From the NCBI GenBank assembly GCA_017440965.1, contig JAFSGH010000005.1:11507-75506 (forward strand): DNA of 64,000 nt, written 5' to 3'. A model generated the notes under the pieces. It was given only the letters and a program-made list of their open reading frames with translations, had not been told where the DNA came from and searched no databases. How positions within the stretch are numbered: the stretch's first letter is position 1; every line of letters begins with the position of its first letter. The position numbers were made by a program, and so were the translations under genes. This document shows, one piece after another, positions 8,548-18,313 of the stretch. Source of the stretch: Clostridia bacterium. GTDB lineage: Bacteria > Bacillota > Clostridia > Oscillospirales > Acutalibacteraceae.

Positions 8548-8993
8548 TATTCACACTTTCCCGTAATTTTTTTTGTAAGTGTGACAACGGTTCCCTTGCC
8601 CGGTGTTGAACGGACGCTGAGCTTATCTGTAAAGCTTTCCATTACGGAAAATCCCAGTCCCGAACGCTCGTCGCCTGCAGTTGTGTATAAGGGCTCCATT
8701 GCCTTTTTTACATCCTCGATGCCGCAGCCCTTGTCTCTGATTTTTATTTTTACGGTGTTATCGGAGAAAAGCACGGCATCTATGTATATACGGCCTTGCT
8801 TTTCCCTATAGCCGTGAACTATTGAATTTGTTACAGCCTCGCTTACAGCGGTTTTTATGTCGTTTATTTCTTCTATGGTGGGATCTGCAAGAGCAGAGAA
8901 TGCGGCAACGACTGTTCTCAGAAATCCCTCGTTTACAGACCTTGCCATAATATTTATCTTAAAATCATTGAGCTTAGCTTTCATTTTTTTCAC
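8547..8993 (-). CDS. spoIIAB: Anti-sigma F factor SpoIIAB (serine protein kinase)
   Basis: GHKL ATPase motifs are present (EAVTNSIVHGY; DKGCGIED; GLGF), the protein is about 146 aa, and it sits between spoIIAA and sigF. The ATG at 8984 is an alternative start. Confidence 0.9.
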   Translation of the reverse strand: MKKMKAKLNDFKINIMARSVNEGFLRTVVAAFSALADPTIEEINDIKTAVSEAVTNSIVHGYREKQGRIYIDAVLFSDNTVKIKIRDKGCGIEDVKKAMEPLYTTAGDERSGLGFSVMESFTDKLSVRSTPGKGTVVTLTKKITGKCE

Positions 8994-9289
8994 CTGAATT
9001 CAATTTTATTCTGAAGTCCTGACATCATCAGGATCTTTTTGTCTCTTGCGCTTACGCCTGTAACTGCCGTATTGCAGCCTATTTCCTTTGCAAGCTTATA
9101 TCTTCCTATTACAAGTCCCACGCCTGAAGAATCCATAAAGGTCACATCGGTAAAGTCAAGAACAAGAAGTGTGGGAGAGCATTTAATTATTTCACTGTCT
9201 GTTCTCTGACGGATATTTCCTGCATTATGATGATCAATTTCTCCGCTGAGAAAAACCGTCAGAACCTTGTCCGAAAAATCGAATCGCAT
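8990..9289 (-). CDS. spoIIAA: Anti-anti-sigma factor SpoIIAA (STAS domain)
   Basis: The 99-aa STAS protein carries a phosphorylatable Ser in the FMDSSGVGLVIG context. It is the first gene of the sigF operon. Confidence 0.88.
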   Translation of the reverse strand: MRFDFSDKVLTVFLSGEIDHHNAGNIRQRTDSEIIKCSPTLLVLDFTDVTFMDSSGVGLVIGRYKLAKEIGCNTAVTGVSARDKKILMMSGLQNKIEFR

Positions 9290-9300
9290 ATTATCACTCC

Positions 9301-9335
9301 AAAAAAAGAACTCCGCTTGTATAATAGCGGAGTTC
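9301..9335 (-). terminator. Intrinsic terminator between the glycoside hydrolase gene and spoIIAA
   Basis: GAACTCCGC (9308-9316) pairs with GCGGAGTTC (9327-9335), and a T7 run follows on the minus strand. Confidence 0.8.
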
Positions 9336-9373
9336 CTTTGAAAAACTTGTCTTATTATGGAAAAACTGAAAAA

Positions 9374-12300
9374 TTATTTTATGCCGGGAGCTTTAAGAAT
9401 ACCTGTAGTTCTGAGGACATACTCATAGCTCCAGTTGATTCCGTTACTTCTCCAAGCTCCGGGACCGTGCCAGGATTCCTTGACATTTACAAGATGTAAG
9501 GGCCCGAAGGTGTTATATCTGTGAAGATATGCTGTGATGCCGATATCGTGCTTTCCTGCACCGACGCCCTTAACTTCAAGTGTGTAGGGCGGATAGATAA
9601 TATCGCCTGCTTCCTTGCCGTCTACGCTTACTGAAATAAGAGCACCCATATAATCACTCACTGTTACCGTAAGCGTGTCTTCGGTTGCTTCTGCCTGCAT
9701 CATATATGTGATATTGCCGCCGTAGAAGGGGAAGCCCTGATGAAGCAATGAGCCGAAGGATATCTTTTCGGGAAGAGCAGTGACTGAGGCTGTTGCCCCG
9801 TAAAGCTTTACGCCGAAATCACCTAAGATAAACACACTTTCAAGGTTTGCCGTTTCTCCGAAGGGAAGTGTTACCTCAAGAGTATTTGTTCCTTTTACGA
9901 TATCGGAAAGGGCGAGCATTCCTATTGAAATATCAACATAATAGCCTTCAAGGCGTTCATCTGCCATTTTGCCGTTGAATAATACTTCTGCAATATCGGC
10001 ATCTTCAAGTGCAAGCACAGCCCCCTTATAATCAATATCACTTTCAAATGTGAATTTAAGAGTTACCTTATGCTCCTTCGGCATATTTCCGAGAACCCAA
10101 GGCTGAACCACGCTGCCGCCTCTGTCCTTGATGCCGAGTCTTCTTCTTACGAGATTATCAAGACGAAGTATCTCCTCCTTGGGAGAATATTCTGTATCAT
10201 CGTCAATCTTCCATTCAGCAGTATCAAGAAGAAGCACGTTCTTTTCGCTTAGCTCGTACTCTGTAAAATCTACGGAATTCTCATAATTACGGGAGGGGAT
10301 GTACTGCTCCTGTGTGCAGTCGGTCTTGCCTTCTGTAAGTCTTAAAAGGAGGGAATCATAGCCGAAAAGCTTATATCTTACAATTGTTTTACCGTTAAGG
10401 TATTCTGCCTTTATCGGATAAATATCACCGCTGTCGGTGTTGTAGACCTCGGGAGACCAGAGACCGTTAATGATTATCTGAATATCGCTTCCCTCGTCAA
10501 TATGCTTGTTGTTAGGTTCTTTGCCGCAGCAAACGAAAAGCCATCTGCAATCGGTGTCTTCACGAAGCTGATAGATATAATTATCCGTAAGTCTGCCGTC
10601 GGCATATCTTATGGTGAGGCTTCTTGATGAATCAAGAGCCGTAAGAAGAGCTGCTCTTGAGAAATCAATGCTTTCGCTGATATCAAATAATTTCTTTCCT
10701 GCGTCATCAGGCTCAGCATCCGTAAGCGTGGGGGCATCGCCCATAAAGATAAGCTTACCGCCCTGTGCACGGAAGGCCTCCAGTCTTTCAATCGTTGTCT
10801 TTCTCAATGTCTCACAGCCGGGAACTACGATAGCATCATATTCCATTTTGCCTACCTTAAGAGGTGCACCGCCCTTTTCGCACTGAACGGGAAGGAGTGC
10901 TTCCGAAATAAAGTTGAAATCGATGCTGCCTTCAAGAAGCCACTGAGTAATGTTGCGGAATCTTTCGTCAAGGCTTTCTCTGAAAAGTGCAGATTTGTCA
11001 TTGGGGCCCCAATGAAGCCAGAAGCTCTCAACGGGATGGATAACGCCTATCTTTACGACGGGTTTACCTCTTGTAAGAGCAGTATTTACACGGGCAAAAT
11101 GGTCCTCTATTCGGTTATATTTTTTATACCAGGGGGACTGATAATGTATGGAAGCGGGATAGTCTCTCTTTGCTTCGCCCTTCATTGCGTACCAGGAAAG
11201 ATGGGGGACTCTTATGGTCACACCGAGACATGCCTGCCAGTCGCCCTGATGCTTATATGTTCTGAAGTCGCAGTCCCAACCGGTTACACCGTAAAGCTCT
11301 GAAAGCATTCCCTCATAGCCGAACTGATGAACAGCAGACTGTGCCTGCTTTGCAGTTGTAAATTCATGGCTGTTGCAGAGCATATCAATTCCGGGAAGAC
11401 GGAAGCTTCTGTAGGAACGCATAGCCTCGCCGAGAGCGGCTGTCTGTGAACGAAGCGTGGGCTCTTCCATCATATGGCCTGTTAGAGCAATGTTATTCTC
11501 ATTACACCAATTGCCTACGGTATCAGCAAAGGCTGACGCAAAAAGCTCTGCTATGAAGTCATGATATTTATAACGGTGAGCGCTTACTTTTGAATCGGGA
11601 AGATCCCAGAATACTTCAGGAAGGAAATCGAGAATGTCCTCTCCGTAAGCCTTCTTGTAAAGCTCAGGAACATTATCTGTCCAGGGCATTGTGATATCCA
11701 TCAGATCGAAGGAATTGTTAAGAACACACTTTCTTGTAAACTGAGGCTCATCCGTGAATATTGCAGGCACTGTTTTATCAAATTCATCGCCCACTGTTTT
11801 CTTGTATTTCTCGTGGGTAACCTCTATAAATTTTTCAATGGTTTCCTTGCTGAGAGTATCCGCATATGTCTGTCCGTTATACCAGCTTGAGGGAGTGTGT
11901 ATCTCAAGAAGAGCATACCATTTTGTGCCTTCTGCGGCTTCTTCCTCTTTGATCCTTCTGTATTTTTTGAGATAGCCGTTTTCATCAAGAACGATATCAT
12001 AGCAGGCAATAAGTGTGCCCTTACCTGATCTTCCGCCTTCTGAACGGGAATCATCCGAGGAGTATGTATCAGCCGTGAGGAAGGGGGTGAAAAGAAGACA
12101 TCTGCCTCTGTATTTTTCATCCTTTGTAACAAAGCCGCCTGCTGCACCTGAGGGCCAACGGTCCTCATCATAAAGCCAAGCAAGCATTTCTTCGTTTTTG
12201 GCTTTTGTGACAGTATCCTTTATAAGCGCCATATATTCGTCGCTGAGATACTCATTTTCAAGACCGGTTCTTACATGAAGATGAAAGCCGCCAAGTCCCA

Positions 12301-12448
12301 TTTCCTTGAAAACATCTATCTGGCGGCAGAGCTCTTCAGATGTAAGATAAGAGTTCAGTGCCCAGAACGGAGTTCCTCTGTATTCTGAGGTAGGATTTTT
12401 GAAAAGTGAAGCATCAAGCGAATTTGCTGTATTCTTTTTGTATAACAT
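9374..12448 (-). CDS. Large cytoplasmic glycoside-hydrolase-like protein (TIM-barrel-like N-terminal region plus beta-sandwich domains); family not assignable by eye
   Basis: The protein is 1024 aa with no signal peptide. The N-terminus YRGTPFWALNSYLTSEELCRQIDVFKEMGLGGFHLHVRTGLENEYLSDEYM resembles the start of several large GH families annotated only as glycosyl hydrolase. This is my recollection and has not been verified. Confidence 0.5.
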   Translation of the reverse strand: MLYKKNTANSLDASLFKNPTSEYRGTPFWALNSYLTSEELCRQIDVFKEMGLGGFHLHVRTGLENEYLSDEYMALIKDTVTKAKNEEMLAWLYDEDRWPSGAAGGFVTKDEKYRGRCLLFTPFLTADTYSSDDSRSEGGRSGKGTLIACYDIVLDENGYLKKYRRIKEEEAAEGTKWYALLEIHTPSSWYNGQTYADTLSKETIEKFIEVTHEKYKKTVGDEFDKTVPAIFTDEPQFTRKCVLNNSFDLMDITMPWTDNVPELYKKAYGEDILDFLPEVFWDLPDSKVSAHRYKYHDFIAELFASAFADTVGNWCNENNIALTGHMMEEPTLRSQTAALGEAMRSYRSFRLPGIDMLCNSHEFTTAKQAQSAVHQFGYEGMLSELYGVTGWDCDFRTYKHQGDWQACLGVTIRVPHLSWYAMKGEAKRDYPASIHYQSPWYKKYNRIEDHFARVNTALTRGKPVVKIGVIHPVESFWLHWGPNDKSALFRESLDERFRNITQWLLEGSIDFNFISEALLPVQCEKGGAPLKVGKMEYDAIVVPGCETLRKTTIERLEAFRAQGGKLIFMGDAPTLTDAEPDDAGKKLFDISESIDFSRAALLTALDSSRSLTIRYADGRLTDNYIYQLREDTDCRWLFVCCGKEPNNKHIDEGSDIQIIINGLWSPEVYNTDSGDIYPIKAEYLNGKTIVRYKLFGYDSLLLRLTEGKTDCTQEQYIPSRNYENSVDFTEYELSEKNVLLLDTAEWKIDDDTEYSPKEEILRLDNLVRRRLGIKDRGGSVVQPWVLGNMPKEHKVTLKFTFESDIDYKGAVLALEDADIAEVLFNGKMADERLEGYYVDISIGMLALSDIVKGTNTLEVTLPFGETANLESVFILGDFGVKLYGATASVTALPEKISFGSLLHQGFPFYGGNITYMMQAEATEDTLTVTVSDYMGALISVSVDGKEAGDIIYPPYTLEVKGVGAGKHDIGITAYLHRYNTFGPLHLVNVKESWHGPGAWRSNGINWSYEYVLRTTGILKAPGIK

Positions 12449-12549
12449 AGGTACACCTCCTGTTAATATCAGGATTATTCTATCATATTATTTTTTTTGC
12501 TACAATAAAGATATACTAATAAGATAACCAAATTAAGAGGAGTAAAATT

Positions 12550-13335
12550 ATGAAATTTGCCTTGGTGTCAAAAAAGGATATATCGCTTTTGGTAATTCTG
12601 CTAATATGGATATGTGCGATAATTTTTGTTGTCTCATATACTCTTGCAACAACTGTCTCGGTAGCAGAAAGACGCATTCCCGTCTACAGTGTTGAAACAG
12701 AGAATAAGGAGCTTGCTCTTACCTTTAACTGTGCCTGGGATGATAACGGTCTTGATGAGCTTTTAGAACTTCTGAGGCAAGAAGAAATCAGGTGTACTTT
12801 TTTCTTTGTGGGGGATTTTGCCGAAAAGCATCAGGGGGCTGTGAGAAGAATATATAATCACGGACATGAGATCGGTAATCATTCAATGAAGCACATCGAT
12901 CCTACAAAGCAGACATATGAAGAGATACTGAGTGATATATCCTCTTGCAATGAGCTGCTTTATTCAATTACGGGAAATAAGCCTTTATTGTACAGAGCTC
13001 CCTCAGGAGCGTATGATAATAAGACTTTAGAGGCAGCAGAGAGTCTCGGGATGACCGTTATACAATGGGATGCGGACAGTATCGACTGGAAGGATATATC
13101 CCCTGAAAAAATAATAAGCCGTGTCACTGAGAAGGTGACAAACGGCTCGATAGTTTTATTTCATCTCGGCAGGCAGAACACTCTTGATGCGTTGCCGGAG
13201 ATAATATCAACGCTTAAAAGCAGAGGATATTCATTTTGTGCGGTAGGTGATATGCTTTTGCAGGGGGATTATTATACTGATCATTCGGGAAGAATACATA
13301 TCAGTCGATCTGCTCAACGGGAAGAATTATATTGA
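12550..13335 (+). CDS. Polysaccharide deacetylase (NodB domain), membrane-anchored; PdaA/PdaB-like
   Basis: An N-terminal TM segment is followed by NodB motifs (FNCAWDD, HEIGNHSMKH, LYRAPSGAYD). Confidence 0.8.
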   Translation: MKFALVSKKDISLLVILLIWICAIIFVVSYTLATTVSVAERRIPVYSVETENKELALTFNCAWDDNGLDELLELLRQEEIRCTFFFVGDFAEKHQGAVRRIYNHGHEIGNHSMKHIDPTKQTYEEILSDISSCNELLYSITGNKPLLYRAPSGAYDNKTLEAAESLGMTVIQWDADSIDWKDISPEKIISRVTEKVTNGSIVLFHLGRQNTLDALPEIISTLKSRGYSFCAVGDMLLQGDYYTDHSGRIHISRSAQREELY

Positions 13336-14365
13336 CGACAGTCTTTTCGCTGTCTGAAACATCAAAGCTTACAGAGCCTGAATGCAGCTCTACGATCCTT
13401 TTTACTAACGACAATCCAAGACCGTTTCCTTGGGTGGCATGAGATTCATCGCCCTGGAAAAACTTATCAAATATCCGATCTGCCTGATCCTTTGTAACAG
13501 TTTTTCCGTAATTCGCCATTGTTATGTATATATTTCCCTCATCATTTGAAATATTGATCGCTATTGTTTTGTTTTCAGGTGAAAACTTGATTGCATTATC
13601 AAGGAGGTTTACCCATATCTGACCGAGAAGATCCTTGTTTGCATCAATCATACATTCATCTCCGGTAAATTCTATCCGGATATTCTTTTTTGACCATATG
13701 CTGTAAAGAGAGCCGATTATTACCCTTATCTGTTCGTTGAGGTTATATCTTGTCTTGTTTGTCACAATGGTCTGCTGCTCAAGCTTTGAAAGAGCAAGAA
13801 TATTAGCGGAGAGATTACTGAGCCTTTCCGATTCTCTGATGATGATGTCGATATATTCATTTTTTTCATCTTCTGAAATATTGGGATCCTTCAGCAGCTT
13901 TGCAAATCCGTTTATAGATGCTATCGGAGTTTTGAATTCGTGGGAAAAGTTGTTTATGAAGTTTCTGCTTAGCATTTCAGTGCTTGACAGCTGCGCTGCC
14001 ATATGATTGAACATTTTTACGATCTTTTTGATGCTTCTGAGCTTGCTTTTTGAAGATACTCTTACAGAAAAATCTCCGTTTGCAATTTTTTCCATAGCGT
14101 CAAGAAGCTTCTGTGTACGCTTTGCAGGGTTTTGGACGATAACTATTGAGAGAATACTTCCGAGGATCGTGCAGAGAACCGCATAGTTGAGAAACCAAAT
14201 GATTCTTGAATTGCTGTCGTTGATGATGCCGAGATCATTCAGAAGCATATACAGCCATGATGCAACTGAGGTTGTCGTAAGAATAATAAGAAAGGCACAA
14301 AGACCTACAAGCAGAGAAAATTTAATATGATTAAACAGCTTTTTCTTTTTATTTTTTATTTTCAT
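13301..14365 (-). CDS. Sensor histidine kinase (2 TM segments, HAMP, HisKA, HATPase_c)
   Basis: The H-box FSHEFKTPI, N-box LLDNAIKFSP, and G-boxes (FFQGD; GNGLGLSLV) are all present. Confidence 0.9.
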   Translation of the reverse strand: MKIKNKKKKLFNHIKFSLLVGLCAFLIILTTTSVASWLYMLLNDLGIINDSNSRIIWFLNYAVLCTILGSILSIVIVQNPAKRTQKLLDAMEKIANGDFSVRVSSKSKLRSIKKIVKMFNHMAAQLSSTEMLSRNFINNFSHEFKTPIASINGFAKLLKDPNISEDEKNEYIDIIIRESERLSNLSANILALSKLEQQTIVTNKTRYNLNEQIRVIIGSLYSIWSKKNIRIEFTGDECMIDANKDLLGQIWVNLLDNAIKFSPENKTIAINISNDEGNIYITMANYGKTVTKDQADRIFDKFFQGDESHATQGNGLGLSLVKRIVELHSGSVSFDVSDSEKTVVNIILPVEQID

Positions 14366-15035
14366 CGTTGATAACCGCCATATATCCGATTCCGCGGATT
14401 GCTATAATATCAAACTCGGGCCAGCCGTCAAAACGCTTTCTTAGGCGGTTTATGTGCACATTTACCGTAGTATCGATCGATTCGGAATTCATACCCCATA
14501 TGCTGTCCATAAGCTGAAGTCTTGTAAAAACCTTTTCAGGGGAGGAAAGAAGAGTATAGAGAAGATAAAACTCCTTCTGCGGTAAGACCTGAAGCTGACC
14601 GTTTTTGCTTACACTGAGGGAATCGTAATCAAGAGTCACCGCACCTATACGGAGCTTATGCTCGTTTATTATCTGTGAACGGCGTAAAAGTGCTTTGATT
14701 CTCAGAAGAAGCTCCATTTCATTTACGGGCTTTACCATATAATCGTCTGTGCCGGCAATAAAGCCTTCGCATTTGTCTTCATTCTGCGCTTTTGCAGTTA
14801 CCATAAGTATAGGGGTAGTATTTCCCGATTGTCTGAGCTGACGGGTAAATTCATAACCGTCCATTCTGGGCATCATAACATCAAGGATAATAAGGTCGAT
14901 GTGCTTTGAGTCCATTATTTCAAGGGCCTCAACACCGTCAGCTGCCGTTATTACCTTGTATCCTGCCTGATTCAGAATGATCTTCATAAGCTTTGCCGAG
15001 TTCTGATTGTCTTCTGCCACAAGAATCTGAAACAT
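14349..15035 (-). CDS. OmpR-family response regulator
   Basis: The receiver domain (ILVAEDN, LIILDVMMPRMDG, TAKA) is followed by a winged-helix C-terminus (VHINRLRKRF, IRGIGY). The gene overlaps the kinase gene by 17 nt. Confidence 0.92.
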   Translation of the reverse strand: MFQILVAEDNQNSAKLMKIILNQAGYKVITAADGVEALEIMDSKHIDLIILDVMMPRMDGYEFTRQLRQSGNTTPILMVTAKAQNEDKCEGFIAGTDDYMVKPVNEMELLLRIKALLRRSQIINEHKLRIGAVTLDYDSLSVSKNGQLQVLPQKEFYLLYTLLSSPEKVFTRLQLMDSIWGMNSESIDTTVNVHINRLRKRFDGWPEFDIIAIRGIGYMAVINDENKK

Positions 15036-15240
15036 AAAATACAGTCCTTTTTTGGTATATTATTAATAAATTCTATCACAATTAAATAAACAAGAAATAA
15101 ACAAAAACTGAGTAATAAATTATGTTTTTTTTGAATTTTTGTATATTATGTATTTTTTTGCAGAAATCTGTCAAATCAATCTCTGTAATAATTTGCTGCC
15201 GTAGTTTTTGTATGTTCGATTTTTAACTGCTTGGAGGCTG

Positions 15241-15304
15241 TTTGACAGAAAATAATACCTTTTCGCCTTAAGATTGGGACGAGGCTGAAACAGAATGCTT
15301 TTTT
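15241..15304 (+). repeat. Partial copy of the dispersed intergenic repeat family (tail part)
   Basis: TTGACAGAAAATAATACCTTTTCGCCTTAAGATTGGGACGAGGCTGAAACAGAATGCTTTTTT aligns with the TTGACA block plus the tail of tandem unit 3 at 53357-53486. Confidence 0.6.
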
Positions 15305-15389
15305 GTATTATCGTAAATCCCTTGCAAAGCGGCAAATGATTATATGTCCCGCCGAACTGAATGCAGCTTTCCCCGACGACGGACTATTC

Positions 15390-15421
15390 AAAAAACGGTC
15401 GCCGAAGGCTTGCGGCGACCG
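15390..15421 (-). terminator. Intrinsic terminator downstream of jag
   Basis: A stem of CGGTCGCCG and its complement, with a T6 run on the minus strand, lies immediately after the jag stop. Confidence 0.8.
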
Positions 15422-15432
15422 TTTACTTTAAC

Positions 15433-16497
15433 TTATTCTTCTGTCTTTGCGGGAATCTCTATCTTTCCGTAGAGAGAGCCTGCAGAGTCCTTTCTGGGCT
15501 CGCGTGTCTGTGCGGGTTTATATGCTTCCTTCTTCTGATAGCCGCCTCTGGAGTTTCCTCTGCGGTTATCTCTTCTTCCGCCCTTGTTGTATCCGCCCTT
15601 TGAGGGATGAGTAGGCTGAACACCCTCCTCAAGAGAGATTACAACTTTTCTTCCGGCGTCTACGCCTGTGGAATGTGATGTTACGCCTTCGATCTCCTGA
15701 ATTGCCGTATGAACGATTCTGCGCTCATAGGGATTCATTGGATCCAGAACAACATTTCTTCCGTATTTAAGAACCTGCTTTGCGCTCTTGTGTGCGAGTG
15801 CTCTTAAACTGTCGTTTCTCTTTTCACGGTAATTTCCGATATTAACTGAAAGCTTACGGTGCTTGTCATCATCAATTCCCTTGTTGACGGAGAGACGGAG
15901 AAGATACTGTATAGAGTCGAGAGTTTCGCCTCTTCTGCCTATAAGAGTGCCGTCTTCTTCGCATTCAATTGTATAGACATATTCATTTGTGCCTTCTGTT
16001 TTTGAAAGGGAAAGAGTATATTCTGTGATGCCCATACCTTCAATGATCATTCTAAGGTATTTTGCAGCATTGTCATTTTCTGTGATCTCAACTGCTATTT
16101 CAGCGGGAGCTGCCTTTTCGGGCTTCGGCTGAGCTTCCTTTTCATTGGCAGTCTTTGCCTGAGGAGCTTTGGGTGCGGAAGCCTTTGAGCTTTCCTTTGC
16201 ATTTTCCTTTACGTGAGGCTTGTCCTGTGTGGTTTTTGCTGCAGGCTTTTCTGCAGACTGCTTCTTTTCCTTCTGAACGGGCTTTGTTGCGGGCTTTTCT
16301 GCCTTTACGGGTGCATCGGGAATTTCATACCATACCTTTACCTTTGCAGGCTCCGAAATAAGTCCAAAAAGCTTTTTCTTTGCATTCTGTATGATCTCCT
16401 GATGAAGCTCAGCTTCTTCGGGAGCCGCCAATAATACCTTGGCGTTTTCATATGCCTCGGCAACAGTGCTGCCGGTGCCGATTTTTTCGATTATCAT
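15433..16497 (-). CDS. jag: Jag/KhpB RNA-binding protein (Jag_N, KH, R3H) with a long low-complexity insert and a basic Arg/Gly-rich tail
   Basis: The protein has KH-like IGRRGETLDSIQYL and R3H YERRIVHTAIQ motifs and lies downstream of yidC. A K/P/A/E-rich insert of roughly 90 aa and a C-terminal GGYNKGGRRDNRRGNSRGGYQKK tail are also present. Confidence 0.85.
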   Translation of the reverse strand: MIIEKIGTGSTVAEAYENAKVLLAAPEEAELHQEIIQNAKKKLFGLISEPAKVKVWYEIPDAPVKAEKPATKPVQKEKKQSAEKPAAKTTQDKPHVKENAKESSKASAPKAPQAKTANEKEAQPKPEKAAPAEIAVEITENDNAAKYLRMIIEGMGITEYTLSLSKTEGTNEYVYTIECEEDGTLIGRRGETLDSIQYLLRLSVNKGIDDDKHRKLSVNIGNYREKRNDSLRALAHKSAKQVLKYGRNVVLDPMNPYERRIVHTAIQEIEGVTSHSTGVDAGRKVVISLEEGVQPTHPSKGGYNKGGRRDNRRGNSRGGYQKKEAYKPAQTREPRKDSAGSLYGKIEIPAKTEE

Positions 16498-16552
16498 TAA
16501 TAACGATCCTTTCCTGGTATCTTTAGCTGTATTTTACAGCATAAATTTCAGA

Positions 16553-17566
16553 TCATTCGTTGTTTTTGTCTTCTTGTTTTTTCATAAGCTCCGCTTTGAT
16601 CTTAACATTCTGCTCGCGGGATCTTCTTTGTACTGTTTCATCGATCATCTGTCCTGCAATGATTGCTTCAGGCTTTATTGTGAGGGCAAGACCTACAGTC
16701 TGGATAAATGAGAGAATGTTGGAGATTATCCAGTAGAAGCCTATACCTGCGGGCATATTGTATGAGAACATAACCGACATAAGGGGAGACATAAACGTCA
16801 TACAGCCCATTGCGGGGTTCTTTGCCATTTCAGGATTTGTTTTTCTCTGCTTGATATACATAAATATACTTGTAAGCATAGCGGTAACGCCGGCAAATAC
16901 GGGCACAAGGATAAGCACCCAGCCGAGCTCTTTCCACTGTGAAGGAGCATCGGTAAGATCAATGCCGAAAATTCTGAAATTTTCAATAAAGCTTTCTATT
17001 TTAAGGATGACATCTTCTGTGAAGATTGCGGGATCAAGCGAAGTCTTTAATTCAGAGAACTTATTAAGTGCATTCAGCTCAAAATAATAATCACTTTTAA
17101 GTGTGTTGCTGACAGTGTTGGGATCAAGAGCCGCAACATATGCGTCAAAGCATCTTCTAAGCTCTGTCATAGCTCCGTCACCGATTCTGAGAACCAATGA
17201 AAGGGGAGAGTAAATAGCTCCGTACAGTCCCATCATAACAGCAAACTGAATAAGCATGGGAAGACATCCCATATTGTTCATGCTGAAGCCTTCTCTTCTG
17301 TAAAGCTCCTGTGTTTCTTCGGAAATTTTCATCTGAGCTTCTCTCGAATTCAGAGTGGAATACTTAGCTCTGATCTTATTTACCTTTGCCTGAAGTCTCA
17401 TCTGCTTTGCAGAATTTTTCTGCTGCTTTACAGCCTGAGGCAACAAAGCAAGTCTCATTATAAGTGTTATTATAATAAGAGAGAGAAAATAGTTGTTTGT
17501 AAATTCAAAAAGGAAGTGAAGTGCATATCCGAAGGGGATAGCAAGCACATCTCTGATAAAGTCCAT
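16553..17566 (-). CDS. yidC: YidC/SpoIIIJ membrane protein insertase
   Basis: A polytopic 60-kDa-IMP core sits in the conserved position rnpA-yidD-yidC-jag. Confidence 0.88.
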   Translation of the reverse strand: MDFIRDVLAIPFGYALHFLFEFTNNYFLSLIIITLIMRLALLPQAVKQQKNSAKQMRLQAKVNKIRAKYSTLNSREAQMKISEETQELYRREGFSMNNMGCLPMLIQFAVMMGLYGAIYSPLSLVLRIGDGAMTELRRCFDAYVAALDPNTVSNTLKSDYYFELNALNKFSELKTSLDPAIFTEDVILKIESFIENFRIFGIDLTDAPSQWKELGWVLILVPVFAGVTAMLTSIFMYIKQRKTNPEMAKNPAMGCMTFMSPLMSVMFSYNMPAGIGFYWIISNILSFIQTVGLALTIKPEAIIAGQMIDETVQRRSREQNVKIKAELMKKQEDKNNE

Positions 17567-17581
17567 TGAAAACCTCCGGGG

Positions 17582-17833
17582 TTATTTCCTGTTTCTTTTT
17601 GTTTTTATGTCCGGTACAGGGTCAAACCCACCCGGAAATAACGGGTTGCATCTTAAAATTCGCAGTGCTCCCATGGCACCGCCGCGTAAGAAGCCGTAAC
17701 GGTCAATGGCTTCAAAGGTATAATGGGAACAGGATGGATAATATCTGCAGACGGGCGGGAATAACGGTGATATACATTTCTGATAAAACCGTATCAGCTT
17801 AAGTGCTGCTTTCCGTAACATCCTTGATAACAC
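17582..17833 (-). CDS. yidD: Membrane protein insertion efficiency factor YidD
   Basis: The YidD signature [27 protein letters not shown] is present. The start may be the internal Met at 17821. Confidence 0.9.
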   Translation of the reverse strand: MLSRMLRKAALKLIRFYQKCISPLFPPVCRYYPSCSHYTFEAIDRYGFLRGGAMGALRILRCNPLFPGGFDPVPDIKTKRNRK

Positions 17834-18152
17834 CTGCCGAAATTAAATGTTTTTGCATAATAATGCTGATATCCGTACTTTTTTTGTGGACCGTTTTTGT
17901 TCTGGCAACAAAGATTATATCATAACCGCCTGTTATTTCGGGCATTGAAAGAAATGCTGCCCGTATAACTCTTCTTGCACGGTTACGCTGAACTGCATTG
18001 CCAATTTTTTTGCTTGTTGTCATTCCAATACGACAAATTCCCGCGCGGTTTTTTATTACATAAGTAACCAACGCAGGATTTGTGTATACTTTTCCTCGGG
18101 CGTATGCCCTGCGGAAATCAGTGTTGGAATTAATTGTTACGAATCGGGACAA
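17799..18152 (-). CDS. rnpA: RNase P protein component
   Basis: The 117-aa basic protein has an RNR-type motif ([13 protein letters not shown]) and lies directly downstream of rpmH. Confidence 0.9.
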   Translation of the reverse strand: MSRFVTINSNTDFRRAYARGKVYTNPALVTYVIKNRAGICRIGMTTSKKIGNAVQRNRARRVIRAAFLSMPEITGGYDIIFVARTKTVHKKSTDISIIMQKHLISAGVIKDVTESST

Positions 18153-18178
18153 TTTCCACGAATCCTTTCAGCAGTCAA

Positions 18179-18313
18179 TTAGTAAGAAAGCTGCTTTCTG
18201 CCCTTTGCTCTGCGGCGGGCAAGAACCTTGCGGCCGTTTCTGTCTGCCATTCTCTTGCGGAAGCCATGCTCCATCTTGCGCTGACGCTTTTTAGGCTGAT
18301 ATGTTCTTTTCAT
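18179..18313 (-). CDS. rpmH: 50S ribosomal protein L34
   Basis: It is below the ORF-track cutoff. My translation is [44 protein letters not shown] (44 aa), with a GGAGGGG RBS upstream. Confidence 0.95.
   Translation of the reverse strand: MKRTYQPKKRQRKMEHGFRKRMADRNGRKVLARRRAKGRKQLSY

Noticed and set aside
8984-8993. Alternative spoIIAB start (ATG 8984 versus GTG 8993)
   Set aside because: Neither candidate has a clear Shine-Dalgarno sequence, so I kept the ORF-track coordinates. The choice changes only 3 residues.
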